Assembly: GCA_963664405.1 (NCBI GenBank)
Contig: OY761158.1
Location: 1,536,001-1,600,000, forward strand
Reading direction: 5' to 3'
Source: Thermoanaerobaculia bacterium
GTDB lineage: Bacteria > Acidobacteriota > Thermoanaerobaculia > Multivoradales > Multivoraceae
DNA length: 64,000 bases
This document shows positions 19,154-29,421 of this stretch, one piece after another. Both the position numbers and the translations under genes were made by a program. The notes beneath the pieces were generated by a model, which was not told the DNA's origin, ran no database searches, and saw nothing but the letters and a program-made list of their open reading frames with translations. Positions within the stretch are counted from its first letter, which is position 1; every line of letters begins with the position of its first letter.

Positions 19154-20176
19154 ATGGCATCAACGCCTTCAAGTTTCAGACGATCCGGCTTCGGAGCGCT
19201 GGCGCTCCTTAGCGCGGTCGTGGCTCTCGGTCTCGTCAGCCCCTCCGAGGTCGCGGCCCAGAGCTTGGAATGGCAGGACCTGCCCGACATGCCGGTGGAA
19301 AAGTGGGAAGCGGCAACGGTCGTCATCGACGACAGGCTCTACCTCTTCGGCGGTTACACGGCGGGCGTTCGATCGAGCAAGCGGTCGGACATCTTCGACC
19401 CGAAGGATGGGAGTTGGACCCGGATTCAAGATCTACCAAGCGCGATCACCCACATCAACGCCGTGCTTGATGACCGGAAAGTTTGGTTCGCCGGCGGTTT
19501 CAAAGACGGCTACAAAGGGCACGCGATCGCCGAAGTGTGGAGCTACGACATCGACCTAGATCGCTACACCGCAGCGCCCCTGCTCCCAGAAACTCGAGGC
19601 GGAGGCGGCCTTGCCATCCTTGGCAGCAAGCTCCACTACATGGGCGGAGTCAAAGCAGACCGCGACACCAACGCAGCCGAACACTGGGTGCTCGATGTGG
19701 AGGAGTGGGCCGACGGCTCAGCGCAATGGAAAACGGCAGCTCCTCTACCGGGCCCCCGTAATCAGTTCTCGACCGTGACCCTCGACGGTGAGATCTACGC
19801 GATTGGCGGCCAGCTCCACCACGACTCGAAGCAGCTCGATCAGCCTCGGGTCGACATCTACGATCCTCGAAGCGACTCTTGGCGGAGTGGACCGCCGTTA
19901 CCCAAAGGGCATTCCCACGCCGAAGGCTCCACTTTCGTCCACGCCGGTCGTATCTACCTCGTCGGAGGCCACACCACCCCCGCAGGAGGAAAAAAGTCGA
20001 TCGATCCAGACATCCTCGCGCTGACTCCCGGTGAGTCTTGGGAGCTCGTAGGCAAGCTGCCGGTGGCGCTCTCCTCCCCCGCCGCGACCATCATCGGAGG
20101 CAAGCTCTACGTCGCCGGCGGTTCGCTCACCGGGTCCAGCGTCCAGGCGAAGATGTGGGTGACCGACGCTCCCTGA
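19154..20176 (+). CDS. Secreted Kelch-repeat beta-propeller protein
   Basis: Repeated LYLFGG / WFAGG / HYMGG / IYAIGG / IYLVGG / LYVAGG with YDP..DSW spacing; signal peptide. Confidence 0.9.
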   Translation: MASTPSSFRRSGFGALALLSAVVALGLVSPSEVAAQSLEWQDLPDMPVEKWEAATVVIDDRLYLFGGYTAGVRSSKRSDIFDPKDGSWTRIQDLPSAITHINAVLDDRKVWFAGGFKDGYKGHAIAEVWSYDIDLDRYTAAPLLPETRGGGGLAILGSKLHYMGGVKADRDTNAAEHWVLDVEEWADGSAQWKTAAPLPGPRNQFSTVTLDGEIYAIGGQLHHDSKQLDQPRVDIYDPRSDSWRSGPPLPKGHSHAEGSTFVHAGRIYLVGGHTTPAGGKKSIDPDILALTPGESWELVGKLPVALSSPAATIIGGKLYVAGGSLTGSSVQAKMWVTDAP

Positions 20177-20198
20177 CAGATGGGAGCCGTGCCTGGCT

Positions 20199-21143
20199 CT
20201 AGCCGCGGCCGAGGAAATCGAGCAGGAACTTCATCTCCTCACCGACGTTCTCAGGCACGACGTAGCCCTCCTCGTCGCTGACTTCATCGATGCGTGCTGC
20301 TACTTTCTCGACGGTGAGCTCCTTGTCGTAGATGCCGCGGGTCAAGCCCATGAAGGCCCGTCCGACCCGGCCGCCCGATGCCGATAGCGTCTCACCGTTG
20401 AGCTGACATGACTCGTGGGCGAGGTAGACAACCGCTGGAGCGACTTGTCGAGGCCCCATCTGCGCCTCGAGCTCGGCGCCCGTCATCCCGAGTCCCTCCG
20501 CCGCACCGCTTTCGTCACCGAACACATCGGTCGTCATCCGAGTGAGCGCACCGGGCGCGATCGCGTTGACAAGGACTCCGTAGCGAGCCCCTTCGATAGC
20601 GAGAGTCCGAGTGAATCCGTAGATCGCCGCTTTGGCGGCCGAGTAGGCGCTCTGACCGAACGACCCGAAGAGCCCGGAGCCCGAGCTGGTGTTGACGACG
20701 CGGCCGTAGCCCTTGCTCTTCATGTGCAGATAGGCGGGTTTGGTGACGAAAAAGCATCCCTTGACGTGGACATCGAGCACCGGCTCGAGCTCGTACTCGC
20801 CGATGTTCGGAAAGGTGCGGTTACGAATGATGCCGGCGTTGTTGATAAGGATGTCGAGTCGGTCGTACTCGGCGAGGGCCTGGGCGACCATCGCTTCGCC
20901 GCCCTCGCGAGTGGTCACCGAATCGCTGTTGGCGATCGCCTTGCCGCCCGCGCCACGGATCTCGCTGACAACGGCTTCAGCCGGTCCGGGGTCGTGATCC
21001 TGACCGCCCATGCTGGGCGAGCCGAGGTCGTTCACCACCACCGCCGCCCCTCGTGCGGCGAGGAGCAGGGCGTACTCGCGCCCCAGTCCCCCGCCCGCGC
21101 CGGTGACCAGGGCGACCCGTCCGTCGAATCGAAGCTCGTTCAT
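20199..21143 (-). CDS. SDR oxidoreductase (MFE-2/HSD17B4-like)
   Basis: TGAGGGLG; VVVNDLG; NNAGI; YSAAK; NAIAPGALTRMT. Start ATG 21143. Confidence 0.92.
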   Translation of the reverse strand: MNELRFDGRVALVTGAGGGLGREYALLLAARGAAVVVNDLGSPSMGGQDHDPGPAEAVVSEIRGAGGKAIANSDSVTTREGGEAMVAQALAEYDRLDILINNAGIIRNRTFPNIGEYELEPVLDVHVKGCFFVTKPAYLHMKSKGYGRVVNTSSGSGLFGSFGQSAYSAAKAAIYGFTRTLAIEGARYGVLVNAIAPGALTRMTTDVFGDESGAAEGLGMTGAELEAQMGPRQVAPAVVYLAHESCQLNGETLSASGGRVGRAFMGLTRGIYDKELTVEKVAARIDEVSDEEGYVVPENVGEEMKFLLDFLGRG

Positions 21144-21189
21144 CGTTTGGCGGGTGTCCCCAGTAGCTCCCTCACCGAGGCATTGTACG

Positions 21190-21400
21190 TGCCACAAGCG
21201 AAGTACGCGATTTGCCTACGCGGCAATCGATTTTCATTCCTCTACGGCCATGCTCGCGAATTCACGGCGGAGGAGCTGGCCGAGCTCTATCCGGACCCGG
21301 AGACCTTCGTCGAGAAGTACGACGAAGCGCTCGAGGAGGTGATGGATGCGGGAGTGGTCCTCGCAGAAGACGGGCCGGCGTACGCCGGTCGTCGAGGCTC
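21190..21400 (+). pseudogene. C-terminal fragment of an alpha/beta-hydrolase-domain protein
   Basis: FLYGHAREFTAEELAELYPDPETFVEKYDEALEEVMDAGVVLAED looks protein-like with coding codon bias but has no start or N-terminus; boundaries approximate. Confidence 0.5.
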
Positions 21401-21404
21401 TGAG

Positions 21405-23558
21405 CTACAACGCGAACACCCAGATGGCGGCCCCACCTTTGGGTGAGCCTAGCCGCGGCGCGTCCGCGCCCGAGCCGAACCCTCCTAGAGCTCCGGTCAG
21501 TCCAGCGATATGAAAGTTGCCCATCCCCACCACCACCGCGACGTATTGTCTGCCCCCAACTCTGTAGGTGACGAGACTCGAGCTGGGAAAGGCGTCGAGC
21601 TTCGTCTGCCACAATAGCTCGCCGCTAGTGTCATCGAAGGCCTTCAAGGACGGCTCCATGTCGCCGGAGAAGAGCAGCCCACCAACCGTCGCAAGTAGCC
21701 CGGTCGAGGGCGGAGTGACTTGATTGTGAGTCCACGCCAACTTCCGGTTGGCGACGTCGATGGCCTGCACACGACCTACCATGCCGTCGGCGGTCTCCGG
21801 GTGCGCTCCGATCGATATCCCCACGCCGGAGGTTAGAAGCCGCAGCCCCGCCCGACCCATAGTCATACACGACTCGGTCAGCGGCACGTACGCCATCTTC
21901 GTCTGCGGACTGTAGGACGTCGGCGGCCAGCTTCTAGCCCCGAACGCGCTCGGGCATACCTCGGTGGATCTCTCAACATCTGGCATCTTGTCGGGGTCGA
22001 TAGTCTTGGCGCCGGTCACCGGATCGATGGCCGTAATGACGTTCTGTATTCCGGTATCCACCGAAAACAGATATTCGCCGGTCGCGGCATCCAACGCTTC
22101 GAGAATCGCCATCTTCCCTACATTCATCACCGCCTTGCGAGCAGTGCCGTTCACCGACACGTTCACTATCTGGCGCTCGAAGACCCAATCCAGGTCCCAT
22201 TGATCGTTCGCCATGTGCTGGTAATGCCAGACCAATGCGCCGGTCTCGGCATTGAGCGCCACGGTGCAGTTGGTATAGAGCGCGTTGTTGTTTACGCCCT
22301 CCTTCTCCGAAGGATGCAAGAGCGGACCGGTGTCGTAGGTCGGCGCCACGCCAAAATAGATCAGGTTCAACTCGGCGTCATAGGTGCCCTGATGCCAAAT
22401 GGAGCCCCCACTCCTCTTCTCCAACGCCACGTCATTCCAGCTGTTCCCATAGGGATCGCCGGGCCGAGCGATGGTGTTGAAGCGCCAGGCTTCTTCGCCT
22501 GAGTCGATATCGATCGCGACGACAAAGCCACCCCTCGGTGCAAAGCTCGCCGTCACTCCCTGGATCACCTTGTCGCCTACAGCCAACGGAGCGCTTCTGA
22601 GGTTGTATGCCCCGCGCATCAAGGGCGTCTCGGTCGTGATCTCGTGATCCCAGACCAACTCCCCCGTTTTGGCGCGCAGAGCCAGCACGTGCAGATCGGA
22701 AGTGGGAACAAGAACCTTGTCTCCATGCAGCGCCAGCCCCATCTTTTGGCTGGAGGATGATTTCGGGTGGTATTGGTAGCGCCACAGAACCTGCCCATTC
22801 GAGGCATCCAGCGCAAGCACCGTATCGGGGAAGGTGTGCAGAAACATGACCCCCTGGTGTACCAACGGCATGGCCATATTGGCACCATCGCGAAGGGGCG
22901 CACGCCAGGCGAGCGCCAGGTAACCCACGTTCTCGCGGTCGATCTGCTTCAGGGGGCTGAAGGTCTGGCCGTCGTAGGTACGGCCGCTGTGCAGCCAGTC
23001 ATCGGGGGAGGGATCGAGCCGCATCTCGGCGGTCACAGGAGGGAGCTTGTTCAACAGCTCCGAAGTGCCTGCCGCCACCACGGGCGCGTCAGGCTCGTAT
23101 TCCGCGCCCTCCAGCTTCGGAATCGTCAGCTCGCTGAGGCCCTCCAGATCCGACGGCAGGACCTCGTCGCCGGCCTCGAGACCGTTGGACTCGAAAATGA
23201 ACGCCAGGATGTTGACGTAGACCTCATCGCCCAACCCACCAGGCGCGTCGATCGGCTCCGGCGGCATGCGACTAAGATGGAAGGCGAGCACTCCGGCGGA
23301 CTTCCCCCGCCACGACGTGTCGAAACGCGAACCCACGAGAGAAGGCGACACCTGCTCCCCCTGCAAGCGCGGCCCGTGACACGAGGCGCAATGCTCCCGA
23401 TAGCTCGCTCTGCCCTCGGCGACCTGGTCCGCCGTAAAGCTCGGCGTCTTCGCCAAGCTTGCTGACTGCCACGGACTCACCGCTATAAACAGCAGCCACG
23501 GGCATCCGGCTCGCCGTAGAAATGCCATCACTGAATTCCTCGCTTTTCGCCGATTCAT
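21405..23558 (-). CDS. PQQ-dependent dehydrogenase with N-terminal cytochrome c domain
   Basis: CASCHG heme motif after the signal peptide; DWLHSGR...FSPLKQI; ALDASNGQVLW; WHYQHMANDQWDLD; GGRQYVAV. Confidence 0.9.
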   Translation of the reverse strand: MNRRKARNSVMAFLRRAGCPWLLFIAVSPWQSASLAKTPSFTADQVAEGRASYREHCASCHGPRLQGEQVSPSLVGSRFDTSWRGKSAGVLAFHLSRMPPEPIDAPGGLGDEVYVNILAFIFESNGLEAGDEVLPSDLEGLSELTIPKLEGAEYEPDAPVVAAGTSELLNKLPPVTAEMRLDPSPDDWLHSGRTYDGQTFSPLKQIDRENVGYLALAWRAPLRDGANMAMPLVHQGVMFLHTFPDTVLALDASNGQVLWRYQYHPKSSSSQKMGLALHGDKVLVPTSDLHVLALRAKTGELVWDHEITTETPLMRGAYNLRSAPLAVGDKVIQGVTASFAPRGGFVVAIDIDSGEEAWRFNTIARPGDPYGNSWNDVALEKRSGGSIWHQGTYDAELNLIYFGVAPTYDTGPLLHPSEKEGVNNNALYTNCTVALNAETGALVWHYQHMANDQWDLDWVFERQIVNVSVNGTARKAVMNVGKMAILEALDAATGEYLFSVDTGIQNVITAIDPVTGAKTIDPDKMPDVERSTEVCPSAFGARSWPPTSYSPQTKMAYVPLTESCMTMGRAGLRLLTSGVGISIGAHPETADGMVGRVQAIDVANRKLAWTHNQVTPPSTGLLATVGGLLFSGDMEPSLKAFDDTSGELLWQTKLDAFPSSSLVTYRVGGRQYVAVVVGMGNFHIAGLTGALGGFGSGADAPRLGSPKGGAAIWVFAL

Positions 23559-24472
23559 CGCCGGTCGGGTAGCGCTGGAACGTGCTGCGGAACGAATCCG
23601 GACGCATCCTGGCCGAGCTGCAGCAGAACCGAGACCCCCTTGGGAAGGATATCGACTCTGGCACCCGAGGCCAGCAGCTTTTCTGTCTCCATCACGTCGA
23701 TCACCGCATCGAGGATCTCCGGATCCTGAAGTCGAATCTCGTTCAGGGTCTCGCCCACCACTGCAGGACGGGCCGCCGAAGCCTGGGCCAACTTCTGCGA
23801 CACCCTTTTCGCCGTCTCGCTCTGGATCAGACCGACGCGATTCTCACCGTCTTGGCGCATGGCGCTGGTCACCTGTACCAACCGTTTGACGACCTTCTCG
23901 GTGATGTTCTCGACCATCGAATGGTCGGTGAACGCCACCTTGCGGATATAGACCGAGCCAAGCTTGTAGCCCCATTTCTCGCTAAGTGGGGAGACGGCGC
24001 TGCGCACTGTACGACTCAGCGAGTGACGATTCTCGAGCATGTCCTCCATCTGGAGATTCGACAGCGTCGAAATAGTCGAGCTGGCGACGTTGGCCTGCAG
24101 CGAACCCTCGGGGTTGGCGTTGATGAACAGATAGGACACCGGGTCACCGACCCTCATTTCATACCAGATGCCGACGCCCATCGGCGTACCCTCTTCGGAG
24201 TTCACCATCTGGCTGCGCAGGTAATGTTCGCGTAGCTCAGTCGAGACCACGTGCTTCTTGCCGAAGACGGGGACGAGAAAAGCGCGCAGGCCGAAACGAG
24301 CCATCGGGAAGCGTAGCCCTGGCTCGTCGAGCACTCCGAGAACCTTACCGAAAAGCGTGAAGACCTGAGCCTCACACTCATTGACGACGCTGTAGAGGCC
24401 GAAGACCGTGGCCAGCTTGAGCACGATGGGCAGGAAGACCAGGCCGAACAGGAAGGTGAAGATAGAAAACAT
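23555..24472 (-). CDS. SPFH/band-7 domain protein
   Basis: N-terminal TM; LFGKVLGVLDEPGLRF; WGYKLGSVYIRKV; coiled C-terminus. Confidence 0.85.
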   Translation of the reverse strand: MFSIFTFLFGLVFLPIVLKLATVFGLYSVVNECEAQVFTLFGKVLGVLDEPGLRFPMARFGLRAFLVPVFGKKHVVSTELREHYLRSQMVNSEEGTPMGVGIWYEMRVGDPVSYLFINANPEGSLQANVASSTISTLSNLQMEDMLENRHSLSRTVRSAVSPLSEKWGYKLGSVYIRKVAFTDHSMVENITEKVVKRLVQVTSAMRQDGENRVGLIQSETAKRVSQKLAQASAARPAVVGETLNEIRLQDPEILDAVIDVMETEKLLASGARVDILPKGVSVLLQLGQDASGFVPQHVPALPDRR

Positions 24473-24482
24473 TTCTTTTCTC

Positions 24483-25460
24483 CTACTCAGCCGTGATCAC
24501 GACGCGTCCAGCGCGCTCGTAGAGAGGGACACGAAGGTTTCTTCGGTAGGCGGTGAGGGCTTCCGAGCCGCCTTTAGCCTTGACCTTGATCAGTATCGCC
24601 GACAGCTCACGCAGCGGCGCCACCTCGGCCTCGGCGTTGTTCTGGGCGATCTCGACGGCACGCTCGCTCATCGTGATCTGCTGTTCGGCGTCGGCACGCG
24701 CGGTGGAGATGTCGGCCGCCATCTGGTTGCGCGTCGAGTTGATCGCCGATAGGGCGCGATCGACCTCCGGCGGTGGATCGATCTCGGTCACCAGCGCCGC
24801 GTCTAGCTCGATTCCGTAGCGTCCGCCCGTCGACTGACACTGCTCCTCCATATACTGGTTCAGCAGCGGCAGATTCTTGCGCAGATCGTTGATCGACACA
24901 CCCTCGGAGAGCTCGAGAGATGTCGCGCTGCCCTCCTCGAGGTCGGCGCTTACCACCAGGCTCGCGCCCTTCGGATCGACGAAGGTGGCGATGCGCTCGC
25001 GGAGCACCGAAACGAAGTACCCCATCACGTGCTGGAGCGGACGCGTGACTCCGAAGAGGTAGGGGTAGAGGTTGCTTTCGCTGACCCTGTAGCGAAGCTG
25101 GCCAGTCACCCCGGTGGTGAGATTGTCCTTCGTCACGGCCTCGATCGTGTCCTGTTGCTTGGTCGGATCCCATACGATGTCGACCGACTGCGTCGCCACC
25201 GAGACCCTGTGGACTTTCTGCCATGGCATCTTGAGGTAGGGGCCACCGGGAGGGATGACTCGCACTTGCGGATAGTTGTAGCGCTGCCGCTCGTCCTCGT
25301 TGAGCGTCGGGTCGTCGGTCGGCGGACCACCGAGACGCTCGGCTCGGCCGAAGCTCGTCTTGACGGCGCGCTGGTCGGGACGGACGGTGAAAAAGCCGCC
25401 TATGCCCACCCGGATAGCGAAGTAGATCGTCAGGCCTAACAGGAATGCAATGAAGCTCAT
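24483..25460 (-). CDS. SPFH/band-7 domain protein
   Basis: TM then FFTVRPDQRAVKTSFG; PGGPYLKMPWQ; AVTKDNL; YGIELDAALVTEIDPPPEV; Ala/Glu-rich coil. Start ATG 25460. Confidence 0.88.
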   Translation of the reverse strand: MSFIAFLLGLTIYFAIRVGIGGFFTVRPDQRAVKTSFGRAERLGGPPTDDPTLNEDERQRYNYPQVRVIPPGGPYLKMPWQKVHRVSVATQSVDIVWDPTKQQDTIEAVTKDNLTTGVTGQLRYRVSESNLYPYLFGVTRPLQHVMGYFVSVLRERIATFVDPKGASLVVSADLEEGSATSLELSEGVSINDLRKNLPLLNQYMEEQCQSTGGRYGIELDAALVTEIDPPPEVDRALSAINSTRNQMAADISTARADAEQQITMSERAVEIAQNNAEAEVAPLRELSAILIKVKAKGGSEALTAYRRNLRVPLYERAGRVVITAE

Positions 25461-25662
25461 GGAAGGGTTCCCTTTCTTGTTCGCATCATTGGATCTTACC
25501 CGGCGTCCGCATCCGGAGGGCGGCTGCCGCTCGCGGCAGCGGGGTGTATGCTGTTCGCACAAGCGACAGCTACGAGCCTACGCGGTAGGCGAGTAGTTCT
25601 TAGGTAGGGCTGGGCCGGAGAAGGGGCCAAGGGCCCGTTCTCTGGGGCGAGGAGGGATTTCT

Positions 25663-27198
25663 GTGGGCGCGACTTCGAAGCTCAATCTCTGGGCCGGCTG
25701 TACGGCGGCTCTCCTGGCGGTCTCGGGGCCCACTTCGGCACTCGATCCGACGCGAGCTTGTAGTGATCTCGCGGCCTACGATGCCGGCGACGTGCGGATC
25801 ACCTTGGCAGAGGCCATGACCGCCGGCACGCAGCCGGGCCATTGCAAGGTCGAGGGCGTGATCGAGACCGAGATCCGCTTCGAGCTCCTGCTGCCCGACG
25901 AATGGAACGGCCGTTTTTTCATGGGAGGTGGCGGGGGCTACGCCGGCAGCATCGAGAACACTGCCCAGAGCCCCCTCTTCGGAGTTACCGCCCTCGAGCG
26001 CGGCTACGCGACTGTCGGCACCGATACCGGCCACCAAGATGTGGGGGTGGAAGCCGACTGGGCTCTCGACAACGACGAGCGTGAGCTGAACTTCGGCTAC
26101 AGGGCTGTCCATCTCACGGCAGAGACGGCGAAGGACATGATCCGCCACTACTACGGTCGCGAGTCGGAGTACTCCTACTTCATCGGCTGCTCGCGAGGGG
26201 GTGGGCAGGCGATGGTGGAGTCGCAGCGCTTCCCCGACGACTTCGACGGCATCGTTGCCGGGGCACCGGCCTACGATTGGCCCGGCCTCGGCGCCGTGTT
26301 CTTGCAGACGCAGCAGGCGATCTATCCCGATCCGGCGAACCTCGCCGAGCCGGTCATCACCAACGACAACCAAGCACTGCTCCAAAAGAAGCTCCTATCG
26401 AGCTGCGATGCACAGGACGGTGTCGAAGACGGATTGATCGACGACCCGCGACGCTGCGACTTCGACCCGGCGAGCCTGCTCTGCCAAGGCGACGCCGGGG
26501 CCGAATGCCTCAGCGAACCCCAGTTGGCGGCGGTGCAGACGATCTACCGCGGTGCGCTCAGCAACGGCGAGCCTGTCTACCCCGGATTCCCGTATGGCGG
26601 AGAGAACGAGCTCACCGGGTGGAAAACGTGGGTCGTCGGGCGCGAGAACGGCATCGGTATCGGCAGGCCGAGCTTGCACTACGCCTTCGGCACCGAGATG
26701 TTCAAGTACCTGATCTTCGACGATCCCGACTTCGACTATTCGACCTACGACTTCTCCACCTTCCCCGCCGATACCGCACGAGCACGGAAGATCCTCGACG
26801 CGACCGACACCGATATGTCGGCTTTCGAGGAGTCCGGCGGAAAGTTCATCTGGTGGCAAGGGTGGTCGGACTCGGCGATCACTGCGCTCGGCACCATCGA
26901 CTACTACGAGAAGTTGGAGAAGCGCGATCCCGACGCCCGCGACTTCGCCCGCCTCTTTCTCATGCCTGGTGTGCTCCACTGCTCCGGTGGCCCTGGCCCC
27001 GATCGCGCCGACTGGATGGACGCGATCGCCAATTGGGTCGAGAAGGGAGAGGCGCCCGCGCGGGTGATCGCATCGAAGCGTTCCGTCGGCGGCGAGGTCC
27101 AGATGACTCGCCCGCTGTGTCCCTACCCCGAGGTCGCGATCTACGACGGCACCGGCAGCACCGACGACGCCTCCAACTTCCGCTGTGGCAGGCGCTAG
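25663..27198 (+). CDS. Tannase/feruloyl esterase family hydrolase
   Basis: WNGRFFMGGGGG; TDTGH; GCSRGG (CS nucleophile); DFDGIVAGAP; PGVLHC; TRPLCPYP. Confidence 0.93.
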   Translation: MGATSKLNLWAGCTAALLAVSGPTSALDPTRACSDLAAYDAGDVRITLAEAMTAGTQPGHCKVEGVIETEIRFELLLPDEWNGRFFMGGGGGYAGSIENTAQSPLFGVTALERGYATVGTDTGHQDVGVEADWALDNDERELNFGYRAVHLTAETAKDMIRHYYGRESEYSYFIGCSRGGGQAMVESQRFPDDFDGIVAGAPAYDWPGLGAVFLQTQQAIYPDPANLAEPVITNDNQALLQKKLLSSCDAQDGVEDGLIDDPRRCDFDPASLLCQGDAGAECLSEPQLAAVQTIYRGALSNGEPVYPGFPYGGENELTGWKTWVVGRENGIGIGRPSLHYAFGTEMFKYLIFDDPDFDYSTYDFSTFPADTARARKILDATDTDMSAFEESGGKFIWWQGWSDSAITALGTIDYYEKLEKRDPDARDFARLFLMPGVLHCSGGPGPDRADWMDAIANWVEKGEAPARVIASKRSVGGEVQMTRPLCPYPEVAIYDGTGSTDDASNFRCGRR

Positions 27199-27241
27199 TC
27201 CCGCGCCGTAGCCCGCCGATCACGACCAGGAGAGAGCCGCC

Positions 27242-28294
27242 ATGTCACCAGCCGAGCCTGCGCCTTTGACCGATCGAGAAGGCTACTACCGTCGTCTGGG
27301 TCAGAAAAACATGGCCCCGCTGTGGGAAGTGATGAAGGGTCTGGTGCCGAACGAGCCGGTGCCCAGTCCCGCGCCGGCGATCTGGCGCTGGAACGACGTC
27401 CAAGATCTGGTGATGGAGGCGGGCGACATCATCACCGCCAAGGAGGCCGAGCGCCGTGTGCTGGTGCTCGAAAACCCGGCCCTGGCCGGGACATCCTGCA
27501 TCACCCAGTCGCTCTACGCCGGGCTGCAGATCATCCTTCCCGGCGAAGTGGCCGCCAGCCACCGCCACAGCCAGTCGGCTCTGCGCTTCGTCCTCTCCGG
27601 CGATGGGGCCTATACGGCAGTGGACGGCGAGCGCACCACCATGAGCCCGGGCGACTTCGTCATCACCCCGCCCTGGACCTGGCACGACCACGGCAACGAG
27701 AGCGACCATCCGATGGTCTGGCTCGACGGCCTCGACGTGCCCCTGGTCGGTTTTCTCGATGCCGGTTTCAAAGAGGACTACCCCGACGACAAGCAGCCGA
27801 TCACCCGGCCCGAAGGAGACTCACTGGCCCGCTTCGGCGAGGGGCTCCTTCCCGCCGGTCACGACGGCAGCTCCAACTGCTCTCCGGTCTTCAACTACCC
27901 CTACGAGCGCTCGAGAGAGGCGCTTGCCACTCTCGATCGCGACCAGGAGCGAGACCCGTGCTTCGGAGTTCGCCTCAAGTACGTGAACCCGGTCAACGGC
28001 GACTACGCCATGCCCACCATCGGCACCTTTTTGCAACTACTTCCTCAGGGCTTCACAACCGCGCCCTACCGCGCAACCGACGCCACCGTCTTCTCCCTGA
28101 TCGAAGGGAGAGGACGGACGGTGATCGGTGATGAGCTCCTCGAGTGGGGGGCTCGCGACGTATTCGTGGTGCCGGCGTGGTCTTGGTACCGGCACGAGGT
28201 CGAAGAAGAGTCCGTGCTCTTCAGCTTTTCAAACCGGCCGGTGCAGGAAAAGCTCGGCCTCTTCCGCGAAGAGCGGGGCGAGAAGACATCGTGA
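27242..28294 (+). CDS. gtdA: Gentisate 1,2-dioxygenase
   Basis: PLWEV; EAERRVLVLENP; LYAGLQIILPGEVAASHRH; TPPWTWHDHGN; WLDGLD; FNYPY; PTIG; VQEKLG. Confidence 0.93.
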   Translation: MSPAEPAPLTDREGYYRRLGQKNMAPLWEVMKGLVPNEPVPSPAPAIWRWNDVQDLVMEAGDIITAKEAERRVLVLENPALAGTSCITQSLYAGLQIILPGEVAASHRHSQSALRFVLSGDGAYTAVDGERTTMSPGDFVITPPWTWHDHGNESDHPMVWLDGLDVPLVGFLDAGFKEDYPDDKQPITRPEGDSLARFGEGLLPAGHDGSSNCSPVFNYPYERSREALATLDRDQERDPCFGVRLKYVNPVNGDYAMPTIGTFLQLLPQGFTTAPYRATDATVFSLIEGRGRTVIGDELLEWGARDVFVVPAWSWYRHEVEEESVLFSFSNRPVQEKLGLFREERGEKTS

Positions 28295-29385
28295 AGCTTC
28301 GCACAGGCTTCTTGCTCGTAGCTGTGCTGAGCGCCTCGGCGCCCTCGTTTGCGGAGGAGCCGATGGTCGAGGCCCGCCGGCGTTGGGTGGAAGAGTGGCT
28401 GGCCAGAGACAGCGACGGCGACGGTCGGCTCCGGCGTTCCGATGTGAAAGGCGCGACCGCCGAAGTGGGTTTCGCGGTGATCGATGAGAACACAGACGGT
28501 CTCGTTGACGCCTCCGAGCTGCGCCAATTCGCGAGAACGACGCTGTTCGTAAAGCACTCCTGGGTCAATCCCATCGCGGACGGAAGAGAGCTCCCGCCGG
28601 GCGTCAAGCATGCGACTTTCCTCAGCCCGTCGATGCAGCGAGAGGTGGGCTACGTCGTCTATCTTCCGCCTGGGTACACCGATTCCGCCAATGCTTCGCG
28701 TCGTTACCCTGTCGTCTACTACCTCCACGGCGGTCGGCCCGGCATCGAGACTCGCTCGATTGGGCTCACCCGTCACGTCCACGCCGCGATGACCCGTGGC
28801 GAGGTGCCGGCGGCGATCTACGTTTACGTCAATGGGGGCAAGGTCAGCCACTACAACTGGCCCGCAGGAGAATCGATGGGCGAAGACGTCTTCGTACACG
28901 AGCTCATACCCCATGTCGATGCCACCTACAGAACCATCGCCGACCGACGTGGCCGCGCCGTCGAGGGCTTCTCGCAAGGCGGTCGCGGGACCGCACGGAT
29001 CATGTTCAAGTACCACGGGCTCTTCGTCTCGGCGGCGCCCGGTGGCCCGGCGTTCTCGATGGAAAAGCAGATCTTCGAGAACGAAGGAGTCGAATACGAC
29101 ACTCGCCGGCCAGTCCCTCAGCGCTACGACTTCGGCAAAGGTAACGATGCCTATACCCTGGCCAAGGCCTACGCCGCCGATCCCGACCCACCACTCGCGA
29201 TCGCATTGTGGGTGGGGACGAAGGGGTTCAACTACGAGTCGGTGTTGGAATACATGGGATTCCTCTACGCGTTGGAGATCCCCCACCAGCGATTCGTCGT
29301 TCCCGAGGCAGAGCACTCCTCGTCGCAGCTGTACGAGCGCATTGGCGTTGAGCTCATGAACTTTCACGCGAGCAATTTCGAGTAG
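28291..29385 (+). CDS. Secreted esterase (alpha/beta hydrolase) with N-terminal EF-hand pair
   Basis: GTG 28291 overlaps the gtdA stop; signal peptide; DSDGDGRL..SD and DENTDGLVDASE EF-hand loops; YLPPGY, YYLHGG, GFSQGG. Confidence 0.85.
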   Translation: MKLRTGFLLVAVLSASAPSFAEEPMVEARRRWVEEWLARDSDGDGRLRRSDVKGATAEVGFAVIDENTDGLVDASELRQFARTTLFVKHSWVNPIADGRELPPGVKHATFLSPSMQREVGYVVYLPPGYTDSANASRRYPVVYYLHGGRPGIETRSIGLTRHVHAAMTRGEVPAAIYVYVNGGKVSHYNWPAGESMGEDVFVHELIPHVDATYRTIADRRGRAVEGFSQGGRGTARIMFKYHGLFVSAAPGGPAFSMEKQIFENEGVEYDTRRPVPQRYDFGKGNDAYTLAKAYAADPDPPLAIALWVGTKGFNYESVLEYMGFLYALEIPHQRFVVPEAEHSSSQLYERIGVELMNFHASNFE

Positions 29386-29421
29386 GGCAGCGCCGCAGAA
29401 TCGGGCCGCGCCGAAGCCCGG

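Noticed and set aside
25568-25597. Hairpin GCCTAC-GCG-GTAGGC between divergent genes
   Set aside because: Single short copy with no U-tract; cannot be called a terminator or REP.
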